This document shows, one piece after another, positions 20,096 through 30,415 of a DNA stretch of 64,000 nucleotides. The stretch lies in the NCBI GenBank assembly GCA_963666365.2, contig CAXXNF010000002.1, positions 1,920,001 through 1,984,000 on the forward strand, given 5' to 3'. The DNA is from Syntrophales bacterium. Lineage in GTDB: Bacteria > Desulfobacterota > Syntrophia > Syntrophales > UBA2210. The notes beneath the pieces are model-generated. The model was not told where the DNA came from and made no database searches. It saw nothing but the letters and a program-made list of their open reading frames with translations. Every line of letters starts with the position of its first letter. The first letter of the stretch is position 1. The position numbers and the translations under genes were made by a program.

Positions 20096-20839
20096 ATGAA
20101 GGTACTCTACGATCCGGAATTCAATCTCTCCTACTGCACCGATCCTGCTGCCGCCATCGGCCGCATGGAATCTATCGTGAGCGTTATAAAGGAGAAGGTA
20201 ACCTTTGTGGAAGCAATGCCTGCAGACAAAACCGACATCGCCGCCTGCCATTCCGATCGCCACATCGAGCAGGTCAGGCGAATCGGGCTTTATGATATTG
20301 CCGCGCTCGCCGCTGGAGGCGCTGTGCAAGCGGCGTTCACGGGACTGACGGAACCCTGCTTTGCCCTTATCAGACCCCCGGGACATCACGCATCCCATGA
20401 CAGTGCCTGGGGCTTTTGTTTCTTCAACAACATGGCCATCGCCCTTTCAAAATTAAAAAGGGAGAAACGAATTACAAGGGCCTTTATTCTCGACTTCGAC
20501 CTTCATTTCGGCGACGGCACCGTTAATATTCTGGGTAATGCCGGATATGTGGACATATTCAACCCCAGCGAATCTGATGCCGGAAAATACCTGCTGCAGG
20601 TCGAAAGAAATCTGCCCGACGACGTCGATATTATCGGCATATCCGCCGGGTTCGACAACCATAGGGAAGACTGGGGCGGCCTTCTCTCGACCGATGATTA
20701 CCGCGAGATGGGACGCATGGTGCACCGTGCCGCCGAAAAAAGCGGGGGAGGAAGCTTCGCCATTCTCGAAGGGGGGTACAATCACCGTGTAGTAGGCCAC
20801 AATGTCATGGCCCTCATCGAGGGGATGGAGGGTAAATAG
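20096..20839 (+). CDS. Short histone deacetylase family (Zn-dependent deacylase) protein
   Basis: RPPGHH, GFCFFNN, DFDLHFGDGT, SAGFD, LEGGY; AAGGAGG SD. Confidence 0.88.
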   Translation: MKVLYDPEFNLSYCTDPAAAIGRMESIVSVIKEKVTFVEAMPADKTDIAACHSDRHIEQVRRIGLYDIAALAAGGAVQAAFTGLTEPCFALIRPPGHHASHDSAWGFCFFNNMAIALSKLKREKRITRAFILDFDLHFGDGTVNILGNAGYVDIFNPSESDAGKYLLQVERNLPDDVDIIGISAGFDNHREDWGGLLSTDDYREMGRMVHRAAEKSGGGSFAILEGGYNHRVVGHNVMALIEGMEGK

Positions 20840-20847
20840 CAACACAA

Positions 20848-22224
20848 CTACTTGCCGATACAGAAATTTGCAAAAATTCTGTCGAGCACCTCGTCGTCGA
20901 TGCTCTCACCGGTTATGCTGTCCAGACACGCGATCGCCTTATTCACGTCGCAGGCCGTCAACTCCGGAGACAAACCCTCGTCCAGAGACCGGACCGCTCT
21001 TCCGACTGCCTCCGTCGCTTCTTCCAGTGCCAGCTTATGGCGCAGATTGGTGAGCAATACCTCCGATTCGTATGCTTCATCAACCTGTGTATGCCGATAG
21101 ACCCCATCCTTAAGGGCATCGATACCTGCGCCTGTCTTTGCCGATATGAACACAGGCTCGATTTCGGGAAAGATTTCCTTCACTCTGTCAAGGCTCGAAT
21201 GAAGGGGAAGATCGATCTTGTTGACCACGACAATTTTTCTCTTAGCCCTGTGTTTCTCGATAATCTCTCGATCGTCTTCGGAAAATTCCCGGTGGCCGTC
21301 CAATAGGATCAGCACAAGGTCTGCCTGAGCCGCCCTCTCCCAGGCATACTTCACTCCTTCCCTCTCCAGTGCTTCTCCAGCGATTCTGATACCCGCCGTA
21401 TCGGTAAAACGAACGGGAATACCCTTGATCCTGATCTCCGCATCTATAAAATCTCGTGTGGTTCCCGGAATATCCGTCACAATCGCCCGGCGTTCACCGG
21501 CAAGGCGATTGAGCACACTCGATTTCCCCACATTCGGTCTTCCCATGATTACGACATTAACGCCGTCTCGGTACATCCTGCCCCTGTAATAGGTGGCTGC
21601 AACCTCTTCAATGGAATGCCGGACACGTTGCAGAATAATGCCGGGCGCTTCCTGCGATAGACCGATATCATCTTCTTCCGAAAAATCAATTGAGGTTTCC
21701 AGATGCACTGCCGCATCCAAAAGAAATGACCGAAGGTCTTTAATTTTTTCTGTTAAGGTTCCCTTGAGGGTGGCTGTGGCCTGTCGCACACCCCGTTCTG
21801 TCTTCGCAGCGATGAGATCGGCAATTGCCTCGGCCTGGGCAAGGTCAATTCTGTTGTTGAGAAAGGCACGCCTGGTAAACTCGCCTGGATCGGCGAGCCG
21901 CGCCCCCGCCATGCAGGTTTCCTGCAAAACGGCCTGGAGAATGAGGGGGTTCCCGTGGCAGTGTATTTCGAGTACATCTTCTCCCGTATAAGAATGAGGC
22001 GCCTTCATGAGTGAAATTAGCACCTCATCTATCACGGTTTCACTTTTTGACGCGACCAAGTCTCCATGGTAGAGCCGATGGCTTTCAAACTCGTCCACTC
22101 TGTTCCTGGCCCTGAAGAGGGCGCGACAGATCCTCTCAGACGCAGCGCCGCTTATTCTGACGATCCCTATGCCGCCGGCGCCTGCCACCGAGGTTGCAAT
22201 GGCTGCAATTGTGTCTTCCTGCAC
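20848..22224 (-). CDS. mnmE: tRNA modification GTPase MnmE
   Basis: DTIAAIAT, SYTGED, GEFTRRAFLN, GRPNVGKSS, GTTRD, DTAG, NKID, terminal FCIGK. Confidence 0.96.
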   Translation of the reverse strand: MQEDTIAAIATSVAGAGGIGIVRISGAASERICRALFRARNRVDEFESHRLYHGDLVASKSETVIDEVLISLMKAPHSYTGEDVLEIHCHGNPLILQAVLQETCMAGARLADPGEFTRRAFLNNRIDLAQAEAIADLIAAKTERGVRQATATLKGTLTEKIKDLRSFLLDAAVHLETSIDFSEEDDIGLSQEAPGIILQRVRHSIEEVAATYYRGRMYRDGVNVVIMGRPNVGKSSVLNRLAGERRAIVTDIPGTTRDFIDAEIRIKGIPVRFTDTAGIRIAGEALEREGVKYAWERAAQADLVLILLDGHREFSEDDREIIEKHRAKRKIVVVNKIDLPLHSSLDRVKEIFPEIEPVFISAKTGAGIDALKDGVYRHTQVDEAYESEVLLTNLRHKLALEEATEAVGRAVRSLDEGLSPELTACDVNKAIACLDSITGESIDDEVLDRIFANFCIGK

Positions 22225-22295
22225 AGTACGACGCCTCTAACGGCAGGGGTGAGGACGCCGGTTTTTGCGAAACCAAACCATTACCGGCACCGGAA

Positions 22296-23024
22296 TTATC
22301 CCTTTTTATGGGGAACGATTATAATTTTTCTGAAGGCGCCCTCGCCTTTGCTCTTCGTCAGTAAATCTTTATCGTTCTGGAGCGCAAGGTGGATAATTCT
22401 GCGGTCATGCGCATTCATAGGGTTCACGGTCACCGGTTTTTTGATGCGCTTTGCCTTCTCTCCCAGCTTTCTGGCAAGCGACACCAGCGACTTTTCTCTT
22501 TTGGCCCGATAATTCTCCGTGTCCAGGATCACACGTTTTCGCTCTTTACCGTTTTTATTGAGCGCCTTGTTCACGATATACTGCAGCGCATCAAGCGTCT
22601 GCCCACCTTTCCCGATGAGCAAACCACTTCCGTCGCCTTTGATATCGAGAGTGACATACTCATCCACTTCGGTGGCAACAACGGGAAAGGGAAACCCCAT
22701 CCTTTCGAGGATACCCTCGACAATTTCCCTGCTCTGGGATGCCGTGTCCCTGTCATCGAAATTCTCCCGGGAGAGCGTCTCGCCTTGGGGAAGAGGCTCG
22801 GGCACAGGAGCTGTATCACGGAAAGGGTCATCGAAATCCACAGTAACAGACATCAGGCTTGCCTTTATCTTCGCCTTCTTCGCGCCCAAAATACCCAGGA
22901 ACCCTCCCGATCCCTCTGTAATAATTTCAATATTCAGCTTTTCCCTGGCAACATCAAATGCGCTGCACGCCTTCTCTATTGCCTGATCAATAGTTTTTGC
23001 TTCAATTTCCAGATATTCTTTCAT
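22296..23024 (-). CDS. jag: Jag/EloR (KhpB) RNA-binding protein
   Basis: Jag_N, KH (LLIGKGGQTLDALQY) and R3H (RRIIH) domains. Confidence 0.92.
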   Translation of the reverse strand: MKEYLEIEAKTIDQAIEKACSAFDVAREKLNIEIITEGSGGFLGILGAKKAKIKASLMSVTVDFDDPFRDTAPVPEPLPQGETLSRENFDDRDTASQSREIVEGILERMGFPFPVVATEVDEYVTLDIKGDGSGLLIGKGGQTLDALQYIVNKALNKNGKERKRVILDTENYRAKREKSLVSLARKLGEKAKRIKKPVTVNPMNAHDRRIIHLALQNDKDLLTKSKGEGAFRKIIIVPHKKG

Positions 23025-23040
23025 CTTTACTGCCCTCGAC

Positions 23041-24666
23041 TTAATTCCGCTTGTTTATATAGTACTGCTGCCCAATGCTCAAGATGTTGTTAAACAGCCA
23101 GTAAATAACGAGCCCCGCCGGGAAATTGAGAAATAGAAAGGTAAAAATGACAGGCATCCACAGCATTATCTTCGCCTGCATCTCGTTTCCTGCCGGAGTG
23201 GGGCTCATCTTCTGCTGTAGAAACATCGTAGCCCCCATAATGATGGGAGTGACATAATAGGGATCTTTGGCTGAAAGGTCCTGAATCCAGAAAAAGAAGG
23301 GGGAATGTCTGAGTTCGATCGAATAGAGCAAGGCCCTGTATAACCCGAAGAACACCGGTATCTGTATCAACATGGGAAGACAACCGCTCATGGGATTCAC
23401 TTTGTGCGCCCGGTAAAGCGCCATTGTTTCCTGCTGAATTTTCGCCTTATCATCTTTATATTTTTCCCGGATCTTGAGCATCTGGGGCTGCAGCTTCTGC
23501 ATGCCCTTCATGGACCGGTAGCTGATTGTTCCCAGCGGCCAGAAAATAATTTTAATTAAAATGGTGATAATAATGATGGCGACGCCGTAATTGTGTACGT
23601 ACTGTTCCACAAAGTTCAGCGCTTTCAGAAGAGGAAGGGCAAGCCATTTGATCCATGATCCGAAATTAATTGAATTTTCAAGCCCTACGCCCTGGGCCTT
23701 GAGGTAGTCATAATTTTTAGGCCCGAGGTAGAGGTCATACCGATATATGCCGGTCTGATGGGGCGGTATGATGTTGTTCGGTCCCTGCAGGGCGACAGAC
23801 GCGATGTTCTTATCGTTTTTTGACATGATGAGATTGGTAAGTGACGGCTGCTGCGATATCATGGAAGCGATGAAATACTTACTTTCAAATCCCCCCCAGA
23901 GGACATCGGGACCGAAGAGCTTCGGTTCATCAAGCTTCTTCACCTTTTCCGATTTGAAATCACCCTTTTCGAAACCCACAGGCCCCTCATGGCTGTAACG
24001 ATCGGTATCGGCATCGGGGTCGGCATATTCGTTCCATACAAGCCGCGCATTCTGATGCAGCGTGGTATCGGATAAATTGATCACCCTCACTTCCAGAGCG
24101 AAGGCATAGGTATCAGGATAAAAGGTATATATCTTCTCCACCTTGATCTCGCCCGGATAGGACCATGAAAAGACGATCGTTCCCTCGCCGATCATTTTAG
24201 TGAGATCGAGACTTTCTCTATTCGGTTCATAGAGCGAATCGGCGGGGATATCGAGATTGGAATCGGGGAATGTAACCGTCAGCGGATACTCCATATCCCC
24301 TCGAAGCGCTACAAGTTCAATGCGCTCCGAATCTTTTTCCATGTTTTTTTTATAATCGTTTAACCGAAAGGATTTGAGAGCCCCGCCTCTGGTGGAAAAT
24401 ACCGCATGATAGAGTGAAGTGGTCACAGACACATCTCTGCTTCCCCTGGAAGAATCTTCCTCTTTCACAAGCGATTTCTTCGTATCGGCAGTCGCAGGCA
24501 CTTCCACAACTGCGCCTTTCTCGTTCCGTTCCTGTGGAAGAACGGTCGTCCCCTCTTCAATTTGAGGAGCGCTTTTTTCTTCAGGGCCCGGTTTCATAAA
24601 TAAATACTGGTAGCCCATCACAAGAATCAGTGACAACACAATGGCAAGAACCGTTTTCTTGTCCAT
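23041..24666 (-). CDS. yidC: Membrane protein insertase YidC
   Basis: YLGPK, NYGVAIII, GCLPMLIQIPVFF, WIQDLSAKDPYY, GLVIYW. Confidence 0.96.
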   Translation of the reverse strand: MDKKTVLAIVLSLILVMGYQYLFMKPGPEEKSAPQIEEGTTVLPQERNEKGAVVEVPATADTKKSLVKEEDSSRGSRDVSVTTSLYHAVFSTRGGALKSFRLNDYKKNMEKDSERIELVALRGDMEYPLTVTFPDSNLDIPADSLYEPNRESLDLTKMIGEGTIVFSWSYPGEIKVEKIYTFYPDTYAFALEVRVINLSDTTLHQNARLVWNEYADPDADTDRYSHEGPVGFEKGDFKSEKVKKLDEPKLFGPDVLWGGFESKYFIASMISQQPSLTNLIMSKNDKNIASVALQGPNNIIPPHQTGIYRYDLYLGPKNYDYLKAQGVGLENSINFGSWIKWLALPLLKALNFVEQYVHNYGVAIIIITILIKIIFWPLGTISYRSMKGMQKLQPQMLKIREKYKDDKAKIQQETMALYRAHKVNPMSGCLPMLIQIPVFFGLYRALLYSIELRHSPFFFWIQDLSAKDPYYVTPIIMGATMFLQQKMSPTPAGNEMQAKIMLWMPVIFTFLFLNFPAGLVIYWLFNNILSIGQQYYINKRN

Positions 24667-24694
24667 TCATAACCTCCAAGTTTTTCCTCTACAA

Positions 24695-24934
24695 CTACTC
24701 TACGGGATCGAAACCACCGGCACTGAAGGGATGACATCGAAGCACGCGCTTGAGCCCCAGCAACGATCCCCGCAGGGGACCATAACGCTTAACGGCCGTC
24801 AGCGCATATTCGGAACATGTGGGATAATAACGGCAGGCAGAAGGGAATAGTGGCGATATACACATCTGGTAAAATCTGATACAAAAAATCAGGACCATTT
24901 CTACCAATTTTACAAGGATTACCGTTTTTCGCAC
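24695..24934 (-). CDS. yidD: Membrane protein insertion efficiency factor YidD
   Basis: [22 protein letters not shown]...GGFDPV. Confidence 0.92.
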   Translation of the reverse strand: MRKTVILVKLVEMVLIFCIRFYQMCISPLFPSACRYYPTCSEYALTAVKRYGPLRGSLLGLKRVLRCHPFSAGGFDPVE

Positions 24935-25263
24935 ATCACCTCTAATTCTTTACACACCACCTGGTAATTGAGCAACGATATATCCTTTTTTGCTATGACC
25001 ACGATATCCGTCGAAACAGGGAGCCTGTCTCTATTCAAACGGAAAAATTCTCTTACTAGACGTTTAATTCTATTGCGCGCTACCGAATTCCCCACCTTTT
25101 TACTTGCCGTTATTCCAAGCCTCGTTCTTCCCCGGCAATTAGGGTTTACCAGTACAATAAAACTCTTTGAGTGAACCCTGGCGCCTTCCTTGTAAATCGA
25201 CTGGTAATCGCTTCGTTTTCGGATTCTCTGTTCTTTTCCGAATGATTTGTTTTCCATGTTCAT
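24919..25263 (-). CDS. rnpA: Ribonuclease P protein component
   Basis: [25 protein letters not shown]; start may be 25257. Confidence 0.94.
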   Translation of the reverse strand: MNMENKSFGKEQRIRKRSDYQSIYKEGARVHSKSFIVLVNPNCRGRTRLGITASKKVGNSVARNRIKRLVREFFRLNRDRLPVSTDIVVIAKKDISLLNYQVVCKELEVMCEKR

Positions 25264-25305
25264 TGCAGGTGGACAGAGACTTCGGCCGTCTCTATCCGCC
25301 CAAGG

Positions 25306-25443
25306 CTACACGGCAAGTCTTTTACGTCCTTTGGCCCGCCTTCTATTCAGTACCTGCCTCCCCCATCGTGTTGACATTCTTGTGCGGAAACCATGTGTCC
25401 GTTTCCTTTTTACATTGCTGACGTTTGTAAGATTTTTTTTCAT
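25306..25443 (-). CDS. rpmH: 50S ribosomal protein L34 (45 aa)
   Basis: Manual translation [45 protein letters not shown]; canonical position upstream of rnpA; below the ORF-track size cutoff. Confidence 0.93.
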   Translation of the reverse strand: MKKNLTNVSNVKRKRTHGFRTRMSTRWGRQVLNRRRAKGRKRLAV

Positions 25444-25475
25444 AATGTATGAACTCCGAGTGAAATCAAGGCGTG

Positions 25476-25504
25476 ATTCGACCACAAGAGCATTCTTTTG
25501 TCAA
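25476..25504 (-). promoter_or_regulatory. Putative sigma70 promoter of the rpmH operon
   Basis: Minus strand TTGACA-17 nt-TCGAAT. Confidence 0.35.
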
Positions 25505-25630
25505 GAGTTAATATATGTACTTTTACACTGGTTACTTTTACGCTTGCATAAAGGGGCATCTCATTTTAGAATCACCCGTATTTTTCAGGGCGGTGCGATA
25601 TAACTTCACAAAAAAGGCAGCTCACGTAAA

Positions 25631-26407
25631 ATGAAACAGAAGCTTCCCCTGTCTGTTGCGATCATCACAAAGAATGAATCGAAAAATCTACCCGATTGCC
25701 TGGCCAGTGTGAAATTTGCAGATCAGATGGTGGTGGTCGATTCGGGAAGCAGCGATACCACTGTTGATATCGCAACTTCTTTCGGCTGTACGGTGTTCAT
25801 CGAACCATGGCGAGGTTTTGGTTTACAAAAGCAGTCTGCTCTCGATAAATGCAACAATCCATGGATACTTCTCCTTGATGCGGACGAGCGTATTCCCGCG
25901 GATACCGCCCCCGTCATAGAACAAATAGTGATGAAGGCGCCGGGCGTCATAAGGGGGTATCGCTTCCCCAGACGAAATTATTTTAAAGGCCGGTGGATCA
26001 AGCATCTCGGTTGGTGGCCCGATCCTGTAACTCGATTGTTTCAGAGAAATTACGGCCGAATGTCGAGGGCGCTGGTGCATGAATCGGTGGAAATCGACGG
26101 TCCGGTAAAAATGCTCGACGTTCCCATCGATCATTATACGGAAAGCAGTCTTTCCCAGATACTTCTCAAAATTGACCACTATTCGACACTGGGCGCGAGC
26201 GAAGCCCATCAGGCGGGAAAGCACTCATCCGTATATTCGGCATCCTTTCGCGCACTGCTCGTCTTTTTACAAAACTACCTGCTCAAAGGAGGATGTTTGG
26301 AGGGGAAACAGGGATTGACTCTTTCCATAACGGACTCGGTCAACAAGTTCTTCAAATATGCGAAGCTGGAGGAACTCAATGCCGCTTCGAAAAACCCCGC
26401 ACCCTAA
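25631..26407 (+). CDS. Glycosyltransferase family 2 (WaaE/KdtX-like)
   Basis: SVAIITKNE, VDSGSSD, LDADER, VHES. Confidence 0.85.
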   Translation: MKQKLPLSVAIITKNESKNLPDCLASVKFADQMVVVDSGSSDTTVDIATSFGCTVFIEPWRGFGLQKQSALDKCNNPWILLLDADERIPADTAPVIEQIVMKAPGVIRGYRFPRRNYFKGRWIKHLGWWPDPVTRLFQRNYGRMSRALVHESVEIDGPVKMLDVPIDHYTESSLSQILLKIDHYSTLGASEAHQAGKHSSVYSASFRALLVFLQNYLLKGGCLEGKQGLTLSITDSVNKFFKYAKLEELNAASKNPAP

Positions 26408-26424
26408 CCCTGATCGAATTCCCA

Positions 26425-27369
26425 ATGGATATATCGTTCATCATAGTAAGCTGGAATACGCAACACCTTCTCGAAGCCTGTCTGCACTCAATATATGACA
26501 CCGTGCAGGATGTTGCCTTTGAAGTGATCGTAGTCGATAACGGCTCACAGGACGGCAGCGTGACCTTTATGAAAGAGTATTTTCCTTCGGTCAGGATCAT
26601 TGAAAATAGCAACAATAGAGGCTTTGGCGCTGCAAATAACCAGGCCTTCGCAATAATGAAAGGGCGCTATGCCCTCCTTTTGAACACCGACGCGATCCTG
26701 ACTCCCCACGCAGCAGCACATCTTTTTTCCTTCATGGAATCGACCCCTGATGCCGCCCTGGCCTGCGGCCAGCTTCTGAATGCCGACGGAACGAAGCAGA
26801 ATTCAATCGCCGTCGCGCCAAGCCTTGCAACCCTTCTTTTCAACACGGCAGTTCTTGAATACCTTTTTCCGAAGCGGTTTCCGAGCAAGCGCTATACCCA
26901 TGCGAAACCCATCGAAATCGAATCCGCAGTGGGCGCCTGTATTATCGTGCGAAGGGACGCCATCGACGATATTGGCCTATTTGATGAAAGGTATTTTTTC
27001 TTCTTTGAAGAAACGGACTGGATGTGGCGCATGAGAATCGGAGGATGGAAACTCTATCATGTGCCTTCCGCCCGCATCTACCATCTGCAGGGACAGAGTA
27101 TCGGGCCGAGCATTCGTTCACGCATTGAATTCTACCGTTCGCGCTACCAGTTCTTGAGAAAATGGGAAGGACCCCTTTACAACGCCTTTGCCGGAGCAAT
27201 TATTTTCTGCCGCCTGACGATAAATCTGCTCTCCATGACCATCGGCTGTGCGGCCACCCTGTGGCGGAAAAAAAATGTCAGGGACAAGCAGCGCCTTTAC
27301 GGACAGCTTTTCCTGTGGCACCTGAAGGGATGCCCCGTATCATATCATGGTGACCGGAAGGAGCAGTAA
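26425..27369 (+). CDS. Glycosyltransferase family 2 (WbbL/rhamnosyltransferase-like)
   Basis: MDISFIIVSWN, VDNGSQDG, NRGFGAANN, LLNTD, FDERYFFFFEETD. Confidence 0.85.
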   Translation: MDISFIIVSWNTQHLLEACLHSIYDTVQDVAFEVIVVDNGSQDGSVTFMKEYFPSVRIIENSNNRGFGAANNQAFAIMKGRYALLLNTDAILTPHAAAHLFSFMESTPDAALACGQLLNADGTKQNSIAVAPSLATLLFNTAVLEYLFPKRFPSKRYTHAKPIEIESAVGACIIVRRDAIDDIGLFDERYFFFFEETDWMWRMRIGGWKLYHVPSARIYHLQGQSIGPSIRSRIEFYRSRYQFLRKWEGPLYNAFAGAIIFCRLTINLLSMTIGCAATLWRKKNVRDKQRLYGQLFLWHLKGCPVSYHGDRKEQ

Positions 27370-27372
27370 CCA

Positions 27373-28479
27373 TTGATCGTAAAAGGGAAACGCATTTCGC
27401 TGGAAGGCATTAAAAAGATTCTTGTGATCCAGCTCGGCGACATAGGCGATGTCGTGTGGGCCACGCCGACCTTTCATTCCCTTAAAAAGGCCTACCCGAA
27501 GGCATCGATGTACGTCCTTCTTCGGCACGGTGCGGGATCATTGCTGCAGGCGGACCCCGCCATTGAAAATATTTTCGAAGTCCCCGCTCCCAGAGATAAT
27601 TTTCACGATACCGCTGCAGAACAACTGCACCTTATCAGGCAACTGCGCTGTGAACATTTTGATGTGCTGTTCGATCTTCGCGCCGATGAGCGGGGCGCCA
27701 TTACGGGATTTCTCTCCGGCGCCTCCCACAGAGTCGCCCGATATTTTCAGGGACCGGGGGTCCCCTTCTGGAGAAACGTCCTTTTTACCCATCTGGTGCG
27801 TGCACCCGTCTCTGCGCCAAACAAGCAATCCTACGGCGCCGCAGAACAGTCTCTCAGTCTATTGCGGGGATTCGGCATTGCCGCATCAACCACATTGCCG
27901 AAACTCTGGGTGTCGGCAGTCGACGAGCAGAAGGTTGCAGGCATTCTTGCCGGAAAGGGCATCACGGAGCGGACGCGCTGGATCTCCATGAACCCTTTCT
28001 CAAGGTGGCCCTACAAGGAGTGGGACCTTCAAAAATGGGCGACTATCATTGAATGGCTTTTTGCAGAACGGGGGATTGTCACGGTTCTTGTAGGCGCGGG
28101 CAACGAAAAAAAGAGGGCTTCTGAAGTCGCTGCGCACTGCAAAAACGTGGCTGTGAATCTCGTGGGGGCAACCTCGCTGGGCGAACTCGCCGCCCTCCTT
28201 TCAAAAAGCATGCTTCATGTAGGCGTTGACAGTGCAGCGCCCCATATTGCAGCTGCGACGGGAACACCGACAGTCACCATTTACGGCCCTTCATCCTGGA
28301 AGGACTGGGCGCCCGTAGGGGAAACTCATCATGTCATTGTCCCCTCCGATCCCTGCGCACCTTGCCATCAAAAAGGATGCGAGGGATCGGGGCGAAGCCG
28401 CTGTCTCGAACACCTTGGGATCGACAGGGTTAAAGACGGCATTCACCATGCCCTGGCCGACATTGGCCGGCCTTTCTAG
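27373..28479 (+). CDS. Glycosyltransferase family 9 (heptosyltransferase III-like)
   Basis: LGDIGDV, GVDSAAPHIAAA, IYGPS, C-terminal CxxC. Confidence 0.85.
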   Translation: MIVKGKRISLEGIKKILVIQLGDIGDVVWATPTFHSLKKAYPKASMYVLLRHGAGSLLQADPAIENIFEVPAPRDNFHDTAAEQLHLIRQLRCEHFDVLFDLRADERGAITGFLSGASHRVARYFQGPGVPFWRNVLFTHLVRAPVSAPNKQSYGAAEQSLSLLRGFGIAASTTLPKLWVSAVDEQKVAGILAGKGITERTRWISMNPFSRWPYKEWDLQKWATIIEWLFAERGIVTVLVGAGNEKKRASEVAAHCKNVAVNLVGATSLGELAALLSKSMLHVGVDSAAPHIAAATGTPTVTIYGPSSWKDWAPVGETHHVIVPSDPCAPCHQKGCEGSGRSRCLEHLGIDRVKDGIHHALADIGRPF

Positions 28480-28667
28480 CCGCCGTTGCGGGAACTCTCC
28501 GCCAGAGGTTTTGCCTCATCGATAAGCATAATAGGAATGTCATCGCGTATTTCATATACAAGCCGGCACCTTGTACAGATCAAGCCATTGTTTTTTTCAT
28601 CGAAGATCACAGCCCCCTTACATTGCGGGCAGGCAAGGATGTCTAAAAGCTCTTTTTTAATCGTCAT
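28476..28667 (-). CDS. Trm112/YcaR family protein
   Basis: LLDILACPQCKG...YEIRDDIPIMLIDEA. Confidence 0.9.
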   Translation of the reverse strand: MTIKKELLDILACPQCKGAVIFDEKNNGLICTRCRLVYEIRDDIPIMLIDEAKPLAESSRNGG

Positions 28668-28784
28668 GCCGCTCTTCCTCCTTCTATGATTTCTATGATA
28701 TGGAAGGCAATGCAGTCGTCCCCTTCATTTGCATTGACGGATAAGGGGAGATCACTCATCTGCATCCCCACCCTCTTGAATCGT

Positions 28785-29822
28785 TTATTCCTTGGTCAGA
28801 AGACGCGTGACTGCTTCAAACACCGCTTCTACCGTGATATTTTTCATACAGCTCCTCGTTTCGCACGACTTCAGGAAACAGGGACTGCAGGGCATTCCGG
28901 CGCTGACAATCACGTGCCCCTTTCCGTAGGGCCCTGTTCTCAAAGGATCGGTCGGGCCAAAGAGGCCGATCGTCGGGGTTCCCACCGCAGCCGACAAATG
29001 CATGGGACCTGAGTCCGTGCTTACCACAATATCCGCCATCTCATAGAGACAGGCAAGTTCCCGAAGCGTGGTGTCGCCTGCTACATTGACGGCTCGATGC
29101 GTCATGCGCGAAAGAATATTGTCGATAACTCTTCGGTCTTTTCCACCCGTAAAAACCACCTTTTTTTTGAGTTCCGAAATAATCCGGTCAGCCAAAGCGG
29201 CACACTTCTCATCGTCCCAGAGTTTTGTTTCCCAGAGAGCAACCGCATTAACAGCCACAAATGATTCGCCCTCTTCAATGCCGTTGTGTTGCAAGAGGAG
29301 CCGCGCCCGTTGTCGTTCTCTACCCGTGAGAGCCAGTGTAAAAACCGGTTCTTGTACGCTGAACCCCAGATACCTGACAAAATCCATATAACGATCGACG
29401 GCATGTTTCCCCATATCTTCAGGAACTTTTTCTCCATAAAAAAGACCGCTCAGCTCCTGCATGCTTCTGTATCCTATTTTTCTTTCGGCACGGGAAAACC
29501 CCATGATAAGGGCGCTTTTTAAAAGACCATGAAAGTCTATGGCTATGTCGTATCTGCGGTCTCGCAGCGTTGAAAGAAATGATCTGATTTCTTCGACTGT
29601 CCGACCTATAGAATTCCCTGTTTTCAGGTTTTTTACCCACCGTTTACGATATGAGACAAGCACACGGTCGCAGGCGGGATGATCCATAATGAGGTCGGAG
29701 GCGCCCTCCTCCACAACCCATGTGATGTGGGCATGGGGATAGACACTCCTCAATGCCTGAAGCGATGGAATCGTGTGGAGTACGTCACCGATTGCACTCA
29801 ATTTTATCATGAGGATGTTCAC
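28785..29822 (-). CDS. Glycosyltransferase family 9 (heptosyltransferase I-like)
   Basis: KLSAIGDVLH, DFHGLLKS, DSGPMHL, FGPT. Confidence 0.85.
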   Translation of the reverse strand: MNILMIKLSAIGDVLHTIPSLQALRSVYPHAHITWVVEEGASDLIMDHPACDRVLVSYRKRWVKNLKTGNSIGRTVEEIRSFLSTLRDRRYDIAIDFHGLLKSALIMGFSRAERKIGYRSMQELSGLFYGEKVPEDMGKHAVDRYMDFVRYLGFSVQEPVFTLALTGRERQRARLLLQHNGIEEGESFVAVNAVALWETKLWDDEKCAALADRIISELKKKVVFTGGKDRRVIDNILSRMTHRAVNVAGDTTLRELACLYEMADIVVSTDSGPMHLSAAVGTPTIGLFGPTDPLRTGPYGKGHVIVSAGMPCSPCFLKSCETRSCMKNITVEAVFEAVTRLLTKE

Positions 29823-30384
29823 TGTCTTTCACCTTCATAATCCACCGCACCGCATCCAGCACATCATCAGCCACGTAGGCGGTCGTCGGCGGAGGCACAA
29901 CACCGCCCCCATAGCCGGTCCTTACGAGAATACCCGCAGCCCCTGCATTATTGGCTGCTTCCACATCTTTTGCCATATCTCCGACCATAAATGATCGTGA
30001 AAGGTTTATATTAAGATCCTCGGCAGCCTGAATGAGCATACCCGGTTTCGGTTTTCTGCACGGGCAATCAAGTTTGTACGGTCCTCTTCCCTCCTCGGGA
30101 TGATGGGGACAGAAATAGAATCCATCGATCCGCGCATCTTCAACTTCAAGAAGTTCGGCGAGCTTTTCATGAAGCGACACTACAAACGCTTCATCGAAAT
30201 ACCCCCGCGCAATGCCTGACTGATTGGTAATAACCACCGCCTTCATTTCCATTTCATTGACCATGCGGATGGCTTCCCCCACACAGGGATACAGTTTAAG
30301 TCGGTCAATACTCGCCAGGTACCCCACATCTTCGTTTAAGGTGCCGTCTCTGTCGAAAAAGACCGCTCTGTTATTCTTTTTCAT
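29785..30384 (-). CDS. gmhB: D,D-heptose 1,7-bisphosphate phosphatase
   Basis: DRDGTL, TNQSGIARG, CPHHP, CRKPKPGM, MVGD. Confidence 0.93.
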   Translation of the reverse strand: MKKNNRAVFFDRDGTLNEDVGYLASIDRLKLYPCVGEAIRMVNEMEMKAVVITNQSGIARGYFDEAFVVSLHEKLAELLEVEDARIDGFYFCPHHPEEGRGPYKLDCPCRKPKPGMLIQAAEDLNINLSRSFMVGDMAKDVEAANNAGAAGILVRTGYGGGVVPPPTTAYVADDVLDAVRWIMKVKDSEHPHDKIECNR

Positions 30385-30415
30385 AGCGCCCCATTACACC
30401 ATTTTCACCTCTATA

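Noticed and set aside
26293..26424. Apparent N-terminal extension of the second GT2
   Set aside because: Overlaps the preceding gene; the family-typical start is at 26425.
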